Made by a program: the position numbers and the translations under genes. A DNA stretch of 64,000 nucleotides from Dehalococcoidia bacterium. GTDB lineage: Bacteria; Chloroflexota; Dehalococcoidia; Lucifugimonadales; JAGWBF01. A model generated the notes under the pieces. That model was not told where the DNA came from. It worked only from the letters and a program-made list of their open reading frames with translations, and made no database searches. Of this stretch, positions 47,236 to 57,041 are shown one piece after another. The stretch lies in the NCBI GenBank assembly GCA_965224415.1, contig CBDCZB010000002.1:266450-330449 (forward strand). Direction: 5' to 3'. Every line of letters begins with the position of its first letter. The stretch's first letter is position 1.

Positions 47236-48475
47236 AGGGCAAAGATCGTGTTGCCTCAAATGGCAATGTTGTCCAGGGTCTGGGTTGAGCCGTTGTTTTC
47301 CGCCATGATCCACAGGCGTTCTTGCTCCCTCTGGATTTGTCTTAAAAGCCCGGCCGGATTCAACCGGCAATACAAGTCCTCCATCTCTTCTCTTAGTTCC
47401 CCGCTAAGCGCACCGTGTTCCAGCAGCCTTCGGTAGGGAGCCTTGGCTATGTCATAGACCTTGTGGACTCGAGCCCCATGGAGCGTCTTCTCCTGGAGCT
47501 GCATCGTCGGCTGGAAGAAGTTCACGTAGAGCCCCGCCAGACGGTAGGCGCGCTTCAGCTGCTCCAGAGCCTCTTTGCTGCGATACTGTTCGTAGCCGTG
47601 AGCCTTCGAACCACCGACCGATTCTTTTGCTCGACGTGGGCGCCGTCGTTCCTCTTGTAGAACCTGGAACGGGTGAACCTGATCCCCTTCCTTCGGCAGC
47701 AGTCGTACAGCTTGTGGTTGATGAACTCGCAGCCGTTGTCCGAGTCGATCCCCAGGAGGCGGAATGGCAGCCTTTTGGCCGATGTGGTGTATAGCGCCGC
47801 CCACCCGTTCCTGACCCTTCCCCAGCGCCCCGCGGCATTCCACCCATCCGGTGGCCACGTCCACCGCGCTCAGAGTGTCCAGGTAGAACCCCTCGGTCGA
47901 ATCCCCCAAGTGGGCCACCAGGTCCATCCTAAGAACCCTGGTCGGTTATCATCCCGCTCGGCGAAGGTCCGGATGGGCCTGGCCGCCTTCAAGAGGCTGC
48001 CAGGCTTGGGCGTGCCGAAGGGCCGCCGCAGTCCCCGGCGACGGTGGGGCTTGAGGAGCCGGTCTATGGTGGCTGCGCTCATCTCTTCCACCTGCCTTCT
48101 AACCTCCGCCTCTAGGACCAGTTCGCCATGCCGCTCCAAGGCCCCCGCCAACTCCCCCAAGAAGGGTTGCAGCCTCTTGCCGCACATCCGGTCCCCGGCT
48201 TCCCAAACGGCCCTCAAGCCCCTCACAGCCTCCGGGCCGTACTTCCTAGGTCGAGGCCGGTTCTTGCCAGGAGAAGGACCTGGGCGAGTCCTCAAGGCAC
48301 GGATCAGGGACTTGCGGTGACACCCGGTGACCTGCGCCGCTTCGTCCAGGAGTCTTCCCTTTTCTTTCCGGTCGGCCTTAGCGCACCTCTCTCTTATCGC
48401 TTTCTAACACTCCATCACACTGCCTACGCGTCAGTCCACCCTCCCGCAACACTGCTTGCGAGGCAACGATGCCCT
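47236..48475 (-). mobile_element. decayed insertion sequence (rve/DDE transposase type) between rplA and rplJ
   Basis: Imperfect terminal inverted repeats AGGGCAAAGATCGTGTTGCCTC..GGCAATGTTG (47236-47271) versus the reverse complement of 48447-48475 (AGGGCATCGTTGCCTC..AGCAGTGTTG). The internal transposase reading frame is broken. Confidence 0.65.
47256..48415 (-). pseudogene. DDE (integrase-core) transposase pseudogene
   Basis: ATG 48415, in-frame TAG at codon 4 (48406-48404), then KAIRERCAKADRKEKGRLLDEAAQVTGCHRKSLIRAL. Frame changes are needed near 47930 (..RPGFL/MDLVAHLGDSTEGFYLDTL), about 47775 (LPFRLLGIDSDNGCEFINHKLY..RSRFYKRNDGAHVEQKNRSVVRRL lies in a third frame) and about 47590. Confidence 0.7.
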
Positions 48476-48510
48476 CTTCGGCAACATTTATTATGAGTCG
48501 TTTCGGAATC

Positions 48511-48540
48511 TTGACAGGGCGGCTCTGCCGAGGTTACTCT
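48511..48540 (+). promoter_or_regulatory. candidate rplJ promoter
   Basis: TTGACA (48511-48516), 17/18-nt spacer, TTACTCT. Lies just outside the right IS end. Confidence 0.45.
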
Positions 48541-48654
48541 GTTCTGACAATAGAATAATCGAACCTGAGACAGCGGGTCCTCCAGAGCGAGGTTAATGAA
48601 CGCGCCCGCCGAGGCGAGTAAGCAGGCAAACCCTGCACGGGTGAAAAATCCCCA

Positions 48655-48691
48655 CGCGTCGGCGCGGGGATTTCTTAATTTCAGGCAGGCC
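48655..48691 (+). terminator. hairpin plus U-tract in the rplJ leader (candidate attenuator / L10 leader element)
   Basis: AAATCCCC-A-CGCG tcgg CGCG-GGG-ATTT imperfect GC-rich hairpin followed by TTTCTTAATTT. About 45 nt upstream of ATG 48735. Confidence 0.4.
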
Positions 48692-48734
48692 CGAGCGGCA
48701 GGAACCGATACGAACGCAAGAGGTCTAATCTGAT

Positions 48735-49295
48735 ATGCCGACGCAGAAGAAAATTGACCAGGTTGAGGAGCTTCGCGAGAAGTTCAGTTCCTGCTCCATC
48801 GCCGTAGCCACCGACCCCACGGGGTTGAACGTCAACGCCATGACGGACCTCAGGCTCAGGCTGCGGGAGAAGAGCGTTGAGTACCGGATCATCAAGAACA
48901 CTCTCAGTCTCCTGGCCGCCGACCAGGCCCAACGCTCTGACATCAAGGAGATAGTCCAAGGCCCCACCGGCATGGCCTTCGGATACGACGACCCCGTGGA
49001 CGCGGCCAAGGCTCTGACCGAATACATAAGGGCCACCCGGTCGACCCTGGCTATACGGGGAGGCGCCCTGAACGGGCGTGTGCTGTCTAGTGAAGAAATA
49101 ACGGCTCTCTCCAACCTGCCGCCCAGGGACCAGCTGGTGGCCCAGCTGCTGGCGCAGGTGCAAGCCCCCCTGTCTGGCCTTCTGGGGCAGCTCCAAGCGC
49201 CCCTGAACGGCTTGGTGAACGTTCTCAACGGACCCATATTGGCCCTGAGCATGCTCCTTCAGCAGAGGGCAGACCAACTCCGGGCCGAGTCCTAG
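48735..49295 (+). CDS. rplJ: 50S ribosomal protein L10
   Basis: 186 aa. KKIDQVEELREKFSSCSIAVATDPTGLNVNAMTDLRLRLRE, typical L10. Confidence 0.93.
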   Translation: MPTQKKIDQVEELREKFSSCSIAVATDPTGLNVNAMTDLRLRLREKSVEYRIIKNTLSLLAADQAQRSDIKEIVQGPTGMAFGYDDPVDAAKALTEYIRATRSTLAIRGGALNGRVLSSEEITALSNLPPRDQLVAQLLAQVQAPLSGLLGQLQAPLNGLVNVLNGPILALSMLLQQRADQLRAES

Positions 49296-49340
49296 GACAA
49301 CACTACAAACAGCCAAAGGTAAACAATCTAGGAGGATGAT

Positions 49341-49736
49341 ATGACCACCAAGGAAGAAATGCTGGAAGCCATCAAGCAGATGTCGGTTATGGACCTCGCC
49401 GACCTGGTCAAGGCCCTGGAGGACGAGTTCGGCATCAAGGCCGCGGCTCCCATGGCCGCAATGCCGGCGGCCGGCGCCGTTGCAGGGGCCCCGGCCGGAG
49501 ACGCCGCTCCCGCCGAAGAAGAGAAATACGACTTCACTGTCACTCTTGCCGAAATCGGAGCCAACAAAATCAACGTGATCAAGGCCGTGCGGGAAATCAC
49601 TACCTTAGGCCTCAGAGAGGCCAAGGAACTGGTGGAGAGCGCACCGGTCAAGGTCAAAGAGGGCGTGGTCAAGGACGAGGCCGACAAGGCCAAAGAGGCG
49701 CTGGAAGCCGCCGGAGCGACGATCCAGGTCTCCTAA
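49341..49736 (+). CDS. rplL: 50S ribosomal protein L7/L12
   Basis: 131 aa. A/P-rich hinge and C-terminal [49 protein letters not shown]. Confidence 0.96.
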   Translation: MTTKEEMLEAIKQMSVMDLADLVKALEDEFGIKAAAPMAAMPAAGAVAGAPAGDAAPAEEEKYDFTVTLAEIGANKINVIKAVREITTLGLREAKELVESAPVKVKEGVVKDEADKAKEALEAAGATIQVS

Positions 49737-49788
49737 GGCGTCCTCTTCCCCGCTCACCGCAAACGGGATTGTACGAAACATTCGCATG

Positions 49789-49825
49789 TCCGCGACAGGC
49801 CCAAGCGCTTACAGGCTGTCGCGGA
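49789..49825 (+). terminator. hairpin downstream of rplL
   Basis: 10-bp stem TCCGCGACAG / CTGTCGCGGA with a 17-nt loop. No clear U-tract. Confidence 0.35.
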
Positions 49826-49850
49826 GGGGTGTGACAATGGATGGTCTGGC

Positions 49851-50147
49851 ATGAGCCGCCGCAAGGACAGGGAGAGGTTCCTGGCCGAAAAAGCCCAAGA
49901 CCCCAACTACGAGGGGTTCAGGGGCTATGATTACAATCCTCCCGCTCCACCGGCGCCGCCCCCATCTGTGGCCATTACTTGTTCAAACTGCGGCCGCCGC
50001 CGGAACGTCTCCAGTGAAATCGCCCAAGCCGAGGGAGACAAGTACGTCTGTCTTAGCTGCCAGGAAGAATCAGGAACCTCGTCCGACGACGCCGCTCAGG
50101 ACACGGACGAGGAGAAGTCCCCTGACCCTGCTGCCGGGGCCTCCTAG
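49851..50147 (+). CDS. hypothetical small zinc-ribbon protein
   Basis: 98 aa. CSNCGRRR...CLSC pair and an acidic S/D/E tail. Coding status is uncertain. Confidence 0.35.
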   Translation: MSRRKDRERFLAEKAQDPNYEGFRGYDYNPPAPPAPPPSVAITCSNCGRRRNVSSEIAQAEGDKYVCLSCQEESGTSSDDAAQDTDEEKSPDPAAGAS

Positions 50148-51541
50148 CGGAAGGCCGGCAGCTGAGAGTTCAGGTATTCGTAAGCCTGGTTGGCTTGGGA
50201 GTCAACCCCAGCGGTACGGTCGTCAAGTGTAAGGACCACTTCTTGGTCGGGCACTATCCCAGTCCCGGTTATCTTTCTCCCTGACGGCGTGTACCAATGG
50301 GAGACGGGCAGGTAGATGGCCGAGCCGTCGCTAAGCTCCATGAAAACGTTGTCAGACCCCAGCCCCAGGGTCCTGACGCCCATGATTTCCGCCCTGCCGG
50401 CATCCTGAAGCGACCCGGCAAGCGCCTCGGCCGCGTTGGCGGTGAACTCGTTCACCAGAGCCACCATCGGCAGGTCCTTGACGGCGATGCCCCCTTCGGC
50501 TATGAGCCAGTCCTTCTGAGTCCCGTTCTTGTCCACCTCGTACATGAAGAGGCCGCTTTCCAGGAACTGGCTGGCTGTGTCTCTAGCCGCCTCAATGGAG
50601 CCCCCCACATTGCTCCTGAGGTCTAGAATCAGGGCAAGGGTGTCCAGGGCGTTGAACTCTTCCAGAGCCGTGAACACCTCCTCACCCGTGTTGTCTCCAA
50701 AGTCCGAAATGTGGATATAGCCGATGGCCCCTGGAAGGAGCCTCCGGGATATGGAAACAAGGCCGATGTCGCCCCGGAAGACCTGCATCTCCAAGGGGGC
50801 GTCTTCACCCTCCCTCTCTATAAGCAGGTTGACTTTGGACCCCACCGGACCTCGCACCTGGTCCACAACTTCCTGGAGAGTCTGGCCTTCCACTGGGACG
50901 TTCTCCACCTCCAGCAACACGTCTCCCTCTTGGAGACCGGCGGAAAGAGCCGGGCTGCCCTGCATTGGGACCAACACTATCCGGTCGTTGACTAGCTGTA
51001 CGAAAGCGCCAATGCCTTCGTAGGTCCCGGCCAGTCGCTCCAGTTCCTGAGCGTAGGACTCTTTGTCCAGCAGGACCACGCTGGAGTCATCGAGGGCGTC
51101 CAGCAGTCCTCTCACTGCCCCGTGAGCAACCAGACCGCTGTCCAGGTCCGGCCACCTTTGGCGGTGAAGGACCCATGACTTCCACACGTCGGACAGATCC
51201 GGCGGCACGAAGTCGGGCAGGTCCGTCTCCACGTCCGACAACTCTACGAGGAATGGGTACGGAGACTTGTTGGCGGCGTCCAACATGCCCAGTATCATGT
51301 GCTCCGTAATCTCTTTTGAATCCAGAGCAATCGCGTCCACGTAGGAAGTGTTGACGAGGCCCCACGCCTCCCAAAGCAGGGAGGACTCTCCCGTGGGCGG
51401 GGCGGACGGGACATCGGGCTCTTCGGCGGCGGCGTCCCTGTTCCCTGCGCAGGCAGCGGCGACGACCAACATGGCGACAATAGGAATCAACAAGAGCCCG
51501 CTCGGGACAGATGAGGGAAAGAACAGGCGGAACGGATTCAT
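50144..51541 (-). CDS. S41-family carboxy-terminal processing peptidase with PDZ domain
   Basis: PDZ segment GSPALSAGLQEGDVLLEVENVPVEG, IGYIHISDF, LILDLRSNVGGS. Start chosen at MNPFRLFF.. (signal/anchor LLLIPIVAMLVVAAACAG). The maximal ORF extends to 51631. Confidence 0.8.
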   Translation of the reverse strand: MNPFRLFFPSSVPSGLLLIPIVAMLVVAAACAGNRDAAAEEPDVPSAPPTGESSLLWEAWGLVNTSYVDAIALDSKEITEHMILGMLDAANKSPYPFLVELSDVETDLPDFVPPDLSDVWKSWVLHRQRWPDLDSGLVAHGAVRGLLDALDDSSVVLLDKESYAQELERLAGTYEGIGAFVQLVNDRIVLVPMQGSPALSAGLQEGDVLLEVENVPVEGQTLQEVVDQVRGPVGSKVNLLIEREGEDAPLEMQVFRGDIGLVSISRRLLPGAIGYIHISDFGDNTGEEVFTALEEFNALDTLALILDLRSNVGGSIEAARDTASQFLESGLFMYEVDKNGTQKDWLIAEGGIAVKDLPMVALVNEFTANAAEALAGSLQDAGRAEIMGVRTLGLGSDNVFMELSDGSAIYLPVSHWYTPSGRKITGTGIVPDQEVVLTLDDRTAGVDSQANQAYEYLNSQLPAFR

Positions 51542-51652
51542 AGTTAAACCAACGGACAAATGATTCTGGTGAAAATTAGAATAGTTATCCACTCTTAAAG
51601 GTGTCAAGGCATGACCAACCATCTTGCCCAACCGCGACGTGGGCAGACAGAA

Positions 51653-51681
51653 TTGAAATAAAGGGCGGTAGTAACTACAAT
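51653..51681 (+). promoter_or_regulatory. candidate promoter of the SBP-4 permease operon
   Basis: TTGAAA, 17-nt spacer, TACAAT. Its position argues for the downstream ATG at 51731. Confidence 0.4.
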
Positions 51682-51730
51682 GACAGGCAGATTAGGCGCG
51701 AATTCCAACGGCTACGGCAGCGAATCAAAT

Positions 51731-53488
51731 ATGGCTCTATCCAGGTTTGTCACACGCGGCTCCTTTACAGCGATATGGTGGACAGCGTTCCTCCTCGCTG
51801 CGGCCTTTATGCTGATGGCCGCAGCCGCTTGCAGCGAACCCTCCAGACGTTCATCCGGCGAGGGTGACAACGGGGCCACGGTAGCTCCCACCCCGACGAG
51901 CGGGTCTGCAACCCAGGAGCCGGAACCCACCGCCACCCGGCGCCCCACGGTTTCAAGCTCCTCCGGCGGCACGACGCCTGTGGAGGGAGGGACGCTGTCC
52001 CGCCTATGGTCCGACCCGCCTACCCTGGATCCCCATCTGACCACTGATGCAACTTCAGCCACCATAATCATTGAGGTGTTCGGCGGGCTCGTAACCATCG
52101 CCCCGGACCTGAATATCATCCCCGACCTGGCCGAGAGATGGGACGTGACTAACGACGGCACGGTCTACACCTTCCATCTGAGGGAGGACGCCACATTCCA
52201 CAGCGGCAAGCCCGTTACGGCCCAGGACTTCAAGTGGTCCATCGAACGGGTTGCCAATCCGCTTACCGCGGCGCCCGTAGCCGACCAGTACCTGGGTGAC
52301 ATAGTGGGATTCAACGAACGACTGAACGGCGACGCCGACGAGGTCTCCGGCGTGCGGGTCATTGACGAACACACCTTGGAAATAACTATCGACTCTCCCA
52401 AGTCCTACTTCCTGGCCAAGCTCACCTATCCCGCCGCCTTTGTGCTGGACCGGGAGAACGTGGAGACCGGACGCCGGTGGTTCCGTGAACCCAACGGCAC
52501 TGGGCCTTTTGTGCTGGAAAGCTACGTGCCCGGCGAGGAGTTGGTGCTGGCCAAGCACCCGGACTACCACCTTGGCGCCGCCCACTTGGACTCGGTGCGG
52601 TTCATTCTCAGCGGCGGCACCTCCATGCTCATGTACGAGAACGGGGAGATTCACCTTACCGGAGTGGGCATAGCGGACCTGGACCGGGTGTTGGACCCCT
52701 CGGACCCACTCAATCCCCAGCTGGTTGAAGCGCCTCCGTCCTTCAGCACCAACTACATCGGGATGAACGTCAACGAGCCGCCCTTCGACGATCCCAGGGT
52801 GCGGCAGGCGCTGAACCTGGCCATAGACAAGGATTCCATCGCGCACACGGTAATGGCCGGGCTGGTCATACCGGCAAAAGGGATTCTGCCGCCTGGGTTC
52901 CCAGGGTTCAGTGAGTCGGTCCAGGGGTACGGATATGACCCGGAAAGGGCACAACGGCTACTGGCAGAGTCCAAATACGGCCCGCAACTGGAGAACTTCG
53001 ACAAGCCAATCATATTGACCACGGCCGGCAGCTTCGGGGCCAACCTGACGCTGGACATGGAAGTCATTCTAGAGATGTGGCGCACTAACCTGGGAATCGA
53101 GGTGGAGGTTCTGCAGACCGAGTTCGCCACTTACCTGCAGGACCTAGTGAAGCGGCGTTTCGAGATGTTCGAAATCGGCTGGATCGCCGACTACCCCGAC
53201 CCAGAGAACTTCCTGGACCTTCTCTTCCACAGCGAGAGCTCCAACAACCATACCTCCTACTCAAACCCTGAAGTGGACAAACTGTTGGAAGAGGCGCGAG
53301 TCGAACCCGACCAAGCCCGGAGGTTCCAGCTGTACAGCCAAGTCGAGCAGATGATTCTCGACGATGCACCCTGGATACCTCTTTGGAACAGCGGCGAGCA
53401 GTATGTGCTGATTAAATCCAACGTGAAGGGCTACCGTCTGACCCAGTTGATCATTCCCAAGCTGAGGTTTGTCTACTTCACTGAATAG
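51731..53488 (+). CDS. ABC transporter substrate-binding lipoprotein, family 5 type, SBP-4
   Basis: MALSRFVTRGSFTAIWWTAFLLAAAFMLMAAAAC lipobox, S/T/P linker, LAERWDVTNDGTVYTFHLREDATFHSGKPVTAQD. The maximal ORF starts at 51680. Confidence 0.85.
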   Translation: MALSRFVTRGSFTAIWWTAFLLAAAFMLMAAAACSEPSRRSSGEGDNGATVAPTPTSGSATQEPEPTATRRPTVSSSSGGTTPVEGGTLSRLWSDPPTLDPHLTTDATSATIIIEVFGGLVTIAPDLNIIPDLAERWDVTNDGTVYTFHLREDATFHSGKPVTAQDFKWSIERVANPLTAAPVADQYLGDIVGFNERLNGDADEVSGVRVIDEHTLEITIDSPKSYFLAKLTYPAAFVLDRENVETGRRWFREPNGTGPFVLESYVPGEELVLAKHPDYHLGAAHLDSVRFILSGGTSMLMYENGEIHLTGVGIADLDRVLDPSDPLNPQLVEAPPSFSTNYIGMNVNEPPFDDPRVRQALNLAIDKDSIAHTVMAGLVIPAKGILPPGFPGFSESVQGYGYDPERAQRLLAESKYGPQLENFDKPIILTTAGSFGANLTLDMEVILEMWRTNLGIEVEVLQTEFATYLQDLVKRRFEMFEIGWIADYPDPENFLDLLFHSESSNNHTSYSNPEVDKLLEEARVEPDQARRFQLYSQVEQMILDDAPWIPLWNSGEQYVLIKSNVKGYRLTQLIIPKLRFVYFTE

Positions 53489-53502
53489 CAACCCCGCCGG
53501 GG

Positions 53503-54456
53503 ATGGAGGTGGGTCAAATCGGGGAGAGCCTCTGGGTCTACGTCGTCAGACGCCTGCTGTGGACTCCGGTCCTGCTTCTGGTAGTCTCGCTCATCACCTT
53601 CGTGCTCACGAGGGTCGGCCCCGGTGACCCCGTCCAAGTCCTGCTGGGGCAATACAACAACCCGGAGGCCGTTGAGAGGCTCAGGAAGCAGCAGGGACTG
53701 GACAGGCCCATCCTGGTCCAATACCGCATCTACGTCCAGGACCTGTTCCACGGCGACCTGGGGGAAAGCTTCCGCTACCGGGGCCGAACCGTGGACGAGC
53801 TGCTGCCCAAACGGATGTGGACGTCGGCTCAACTGGCCATCGCGGCGATGATTGTCTCCCTGGGCCTGGGGATCCCGCTGGGATTCTTCGCGGCCCTGAA
53901 GCAGGGAAGCTGGCTGGACACGACCACGGTTGCGGTGACCCTGATGTTCATGTCCGTGCCAATATTCCTAACGGCGCCGGGACTGCTCATCCTGTTTTCC
54001 CTGAAGTTGGACCTGCTGCCCGTCAGCGGTTGGGGCGGGTTCTTCGACGTGCGTATAATCCTGCCAGCCATGGTCATGGGGATTCCCGGCATAGCGGTGG
54101 TGACCCGCATCACCAGGGCCTCCACTCTGGATGTGGTGGCCCAGGACTTCGTCCGTACGGCCAGGGCCAAGGGGCTGCACGAGTACGTGGTGCGTCACCG
54201 GCATATCCTGCGCAACGCCCTGATACCCCTCTTCACCTTAACCGGCATGTCTCTGGCGACTTTGATGACCGGGTCCTTCATCACCGAGTTTTACTTCGGC
54301 ATCCCGGGGATGGGCAGCCTTGCCATCGAGTCCTTCTTCTCCCGGGATTACCCGATCATCATGGCCATCACCCTGATAATCGCCACGGGGTTCGTTCTGG
54401 CCAACCTGTTTGTAGACATCGGATACCGCTTTATAGACCCGCGGATTAGATACTAA
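53503..54456 (+). CDS. ABC transporter permease, DppB/OppB-like
   Basis: 317 aa. YVVRRLLWTPVLLLVVSLITFVL..GPGDPV, QDFVRTARAKGL, DPRIRY. Confidence 0.9.
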   Translation: MEVGQIGESLWVYVVRRLLWTPVLLLVVSLITFVLTRVGPGDPVQVLLGQYNNPEAVERLRKQQGLDRPILVQYRIYVQDLFHGDLGESFRYRGRTVDELLPKRMWTSAQLAIAAMIVSLGLGIPLGFFAALKQGSWLDTTTVAVTLMFMSVPIFLTAPGLLILFSLKLDLLPVSGWGGFFDVRIILPAMVMGIPGIAVVTRITRASTLDVVAQDFVRTARAKGLHEYVVRHRHILRNALIPLFTLTGMSLATLMTGSFITEFYFGIPGMGSLAIESFFSRDYPIIMAITLIIATGFVLANLFVDIGYRFIDPRIRY

Positions 54457-54474
54457 GGGCCGGAGAAATCGCAG

Positions 54475-55428
54475 TTGGCCGTCAACCAGATAGAACTCAC
54501 CTTCGAAAGGGAAAAACGGGGCGACAGCCTCTGGACCAACTCCTTCCGCAGATTCCTCAGGAAGAAGGTGGGAGTCGCCTGCCTGGTCGTGATACTTGTC
54601 TTCTATATCGCCGGCGCCCTGGCCGCCTGGGTGACTCCCTACGACCACAGGGAAGTCAACCTGAACGCGGTCAAGCAAACCCCCTCCTGGGAGCACCCCC
54701 TTGGGACCGACCGGGCCGGACGCGACATGTTGACCCGCATCATCTACGGCCTGAGGACCACCGTAATCATTACGGTGCTGTCCATTGTCACCGGCTCCCT
54801 GTTTCTCGGCCTTGGACTGGGTCTTGCGGCGGGATACTTCGGCAAGTGGATCGACTCGGTCATCAACCGAGTGGGGGAGGTGTTCATGTCCTTCCCCGAC
54901 ATACTGCTGGTTCTCATCGTCGCGGCCACTCTGCGCCCGCGGGTCGTCGAATGGGTGCGGGACTTGGGCGGAACGGAGTTGGTGCGGCTCGGCATTCCCG
55001 ACTACCTGGTTGTGTTCGGAGCCCTTTCAGCCTTTGGCTGGGTGGGGATGCAACGGCTCGTCAGAGGCCAAGTGCTGCAAATAAAGCAGAACCAGTACGT
55101 GGAAGCTGCCCAAGCCGTCGGAGCGCCCACCAGACGAATTCTGGGAATCCACATCCTGCCCAACGTCATCAGTCCGGTGATTGTGCTGGTGTCTATGGGC
55201 ATGGGAGCCGCCGCAGGAGCGGAAATCATCCTGAGCTGGCTGGGAATTGGAATTCAGCCGCCGACGCCGAGCCTGGGCGTGATGATATTCGAGAACGGCA
55301 ACATCGGAGTGCTGCGCTCAGACCCCCACCTTCTGCTCTTCCCGGTGGGCGCCGTCACAATCCTGATATTCGCCTTCAACTTGCTGGGAGACGCCCTCAA
55401 CGACGCGTTTAATCCCCGCGCCCGCTAG
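54475..55428 (+). CDS. ABC transporter permease, DppC/OppC-like
   Basis: TTG start. GTDRAGRDMLTRIIYGLRTT, QNQYVEAAQAVGA. Confidence 0.9.
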   Translation: MAVNQIELTFEREKRGDSLWTNSFRRFLRKKVGVACLVVILVFYIAGALAAWVTPYDHREVNLNAVKQTPSWEHPLGTDRAGRDMLTRIIYGLRTTVIITVLSIVTGSLFLGLGLGLAAGYFGKWIDSVINRVGEVFMSFPDILLVLIVAATLRPRVVEWVRDLGGTELVRLGIPDYLVVFGALSAFGWVGMQRLVRGQVLQIKQNQYVEAAQAVGAPTRRILGIHILPNVISPVIVLVSMGMGAAAGAEIILSWLGIGIQPPTPSLGVMIFENGNIGVLRSDPHLLLFPVGAVTILIFAFNLLGDALNDAFNPRAR

Positions 55429-55496
55429 GAATTCAGGATCCTCCCTCTCATTGTCGGCCTCCACACGGCACCGTTCACTATCGTCTTCCCATGCGA

Positions 55497-55525
55497 TTGA
55501 CCGAAACGCTTACGGCGCTTACAAT
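55497..55525 (+). promoter_or_regulatory. candidate promoter of the second DUF1800-NHL cassette
   Basis: TTGACC, 17-nt spacer, TACAAT. AGGAGG RBS at 55564-55569. Confidence 0.45.
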
Positions 55526-55574
55526 TGACCTGCTTCCTATTTTCCCCTCCAACAGCAGTCTTCAGGAGGTTGTT

Positions 55575-56981
55575 ATGGTAGACGAGAACATTGCATTGAT
55601 GGCCCACTTGATGAGGCGAGCCGGCTTCGGGTCCGGCCGTGACGAGCTTGAAGCTCTTACGGCCATAGGCTACGAGCAGGTCGTGGAGGAGCTGGTGGAC
55701 CCCGACAAATACGGGATACCGCACATCGACCGGGAGATCTTGTTCCGCGCCCACCCGGACACGGTCAATCCCCAGGCGCCCCCGGGAGCGTCTTCCTACA
55801 TGATCTACCACTTCATGGTCACCCAGAGGCCGCTGGAAGAGAAGATCGCCCTTTTCTGGCACACCGTCTTCGCCACAGGAAACAACAAGATAGACGGCCC
55901 GCCGGAGATGCAGCGCCAGTACGACCTGTTCAGGGAGAAAGGTCTCGGCAACTACCGGGATCTGCTGGTCGACCTGGCCAAGAACCCGGCGATGATATTC
56001 TGGCTGGACAACAACTACAACCACAAGGAACAGCCCAACGAGAACTGGGGCAGAGAGTTGCTTGAGCTGTTCTCAATGGGCCAGGGGAACTACACCGAAG
56101 AGGACGTCTACGAGTGCGCCAGGGCCTTCACCGGCTGGACCATCGGCCCCAAGCTGCCCCGCGGCCCATTCAACCGCTTCAACTGGCCCTTCGTGTACAA
56201 CGAAAAAGACCACGACGACGGCGAAAAACACTTCCTTGGGCACCGGGGCCGCTTCAATGGGGAGGACGTGATAGACATCATCGTCCGGCAGCCCGCCACG
56301 GCCCGGTTCATCGCCCGCCACCTGTACAACTTCTTCGTAGCCGACGAGGTGCAGGTGCCTGCTTGGCTGCACACTCCTCCGAGAGACCCGGTGGCCGTCA
56401 ACATAATCGCCGACTCCTTCGTGTCCTCCGGGTACGACATGCGGGTCACCATGCGGCAGCTGCTCAACTCGGACTTCTTCAAGGAGTCCATGTTCCAGAG
56501 GGTGAAGAGCCCAGCCGAGGTGGTGGCTGGCGTCACCCGGATGGTGGGCGACTTCCGCTACCCCAGGCCCGGGCTGGAAGACATGGCCAGGGAGTGCGAG
56601 TACATGGGCCAGAACCTGCTCAACCCGCCCAGCGTAGAGGGATGGCACTACGGGCCCGAATGGATCGACAGCGGGTCGCTGGTGCGGCGCATCAACTTCG
56701 CAGCGGGAGCGTTCTCCAACATCCACTTCCCGGGCGTGCGGTCCATCATCGGCCGAATCAAGTCCCAGGGCGACCTGTCGCCCACCGAGTTCGTGGACAG
56801 CTGCCTTGACCTGATTGGCCCGCTGGAGGTTGGCGAAGGGACCAGGGAGCAGCTGATAAACCTGGCCCAGCGGGACGGAGCTCTAAGCTGGGACAGCGAA
56901 ACTGCGGAAGCTGCCTCGGCCCGCAGAATTGGGGACATGCTGGCCCTTATCGTATCGTCCAGAGAGTACCAGTTCGCCTAA
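55575..56981 (+). CDS. DUF1800-family protein, copy 3
   Basis: Starts at MVDENIALMAHLMRRAGFGSGRDELE (ATG 55575 after AGGAGG), giving 468 aa like copies 1 and 2. The ORF-track start 55491 lies upstream of the promoter. Confidence 0.75.
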   Translation: MVDENIALMAHLMRRAGFGSGRDELEALTAIGYEQVVEELVDPDKYGIPHIDREILFRAHPDTVNPQAPPGASSYMIYHFMVTQRPLEEKIALFWHTVFATGNNKIDGPPEMQRQYDLFREKGLGNYRDLLVDLAKNPAMIFWLDNNYNHKEQPNENWGRELLELFSMGQGNYTEEDVYECARAFTGWTIGPKLPRGPFNRFNWPFVYNEKDHDDGEKHFLGHRGRFNGEDVIDIIVRQPATARFIARHLYNFFVADEVQVPAWLHTPPRDPVAVNIIADSFVSSGYDMRVTMRQLLNSDFFKESMFQRVKSPAEVVAGVTRMVGDFRYPRPGLEDMARECEYMGQNLLNPPSVEGWHYGPEWIDSGSLVRRINFAAGAFSNIHFPGVRSIIGRIKSQGDLSPTEFVDSCLDLIGPLEVGEGTREQLINLAQRDGALSWDSETAEAASARRIGDMLALIVSSREYQFA

Positions 56982-57041
56982 GACGCCCCGACGACCGGAA
57001 CGGTCCAGGGCGGGCCGCCAACGCGACTATGGGAGGCCGTT

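Noticed and set aside
47673-48320. 215-aa plus-strand ORF and the 223/141/131-aa minus ORFs taken as separate intact genes
   Set aside because: They are fragments or antisense shadows of one frameshifted DDE transposase gene. The conserved DSDNG..HVEQKN segment lies in a frame not represented as a long ORF.
55491-55574. Upstream start (55491) for DUF1800 copy 3
   Set aside because: It would begin upstream of the predicted promoter. The N-terminal extension has no counterpart in copies 1 and 2. ATG 55575 has an AGGAGG RBS and restores the 468-aa length.
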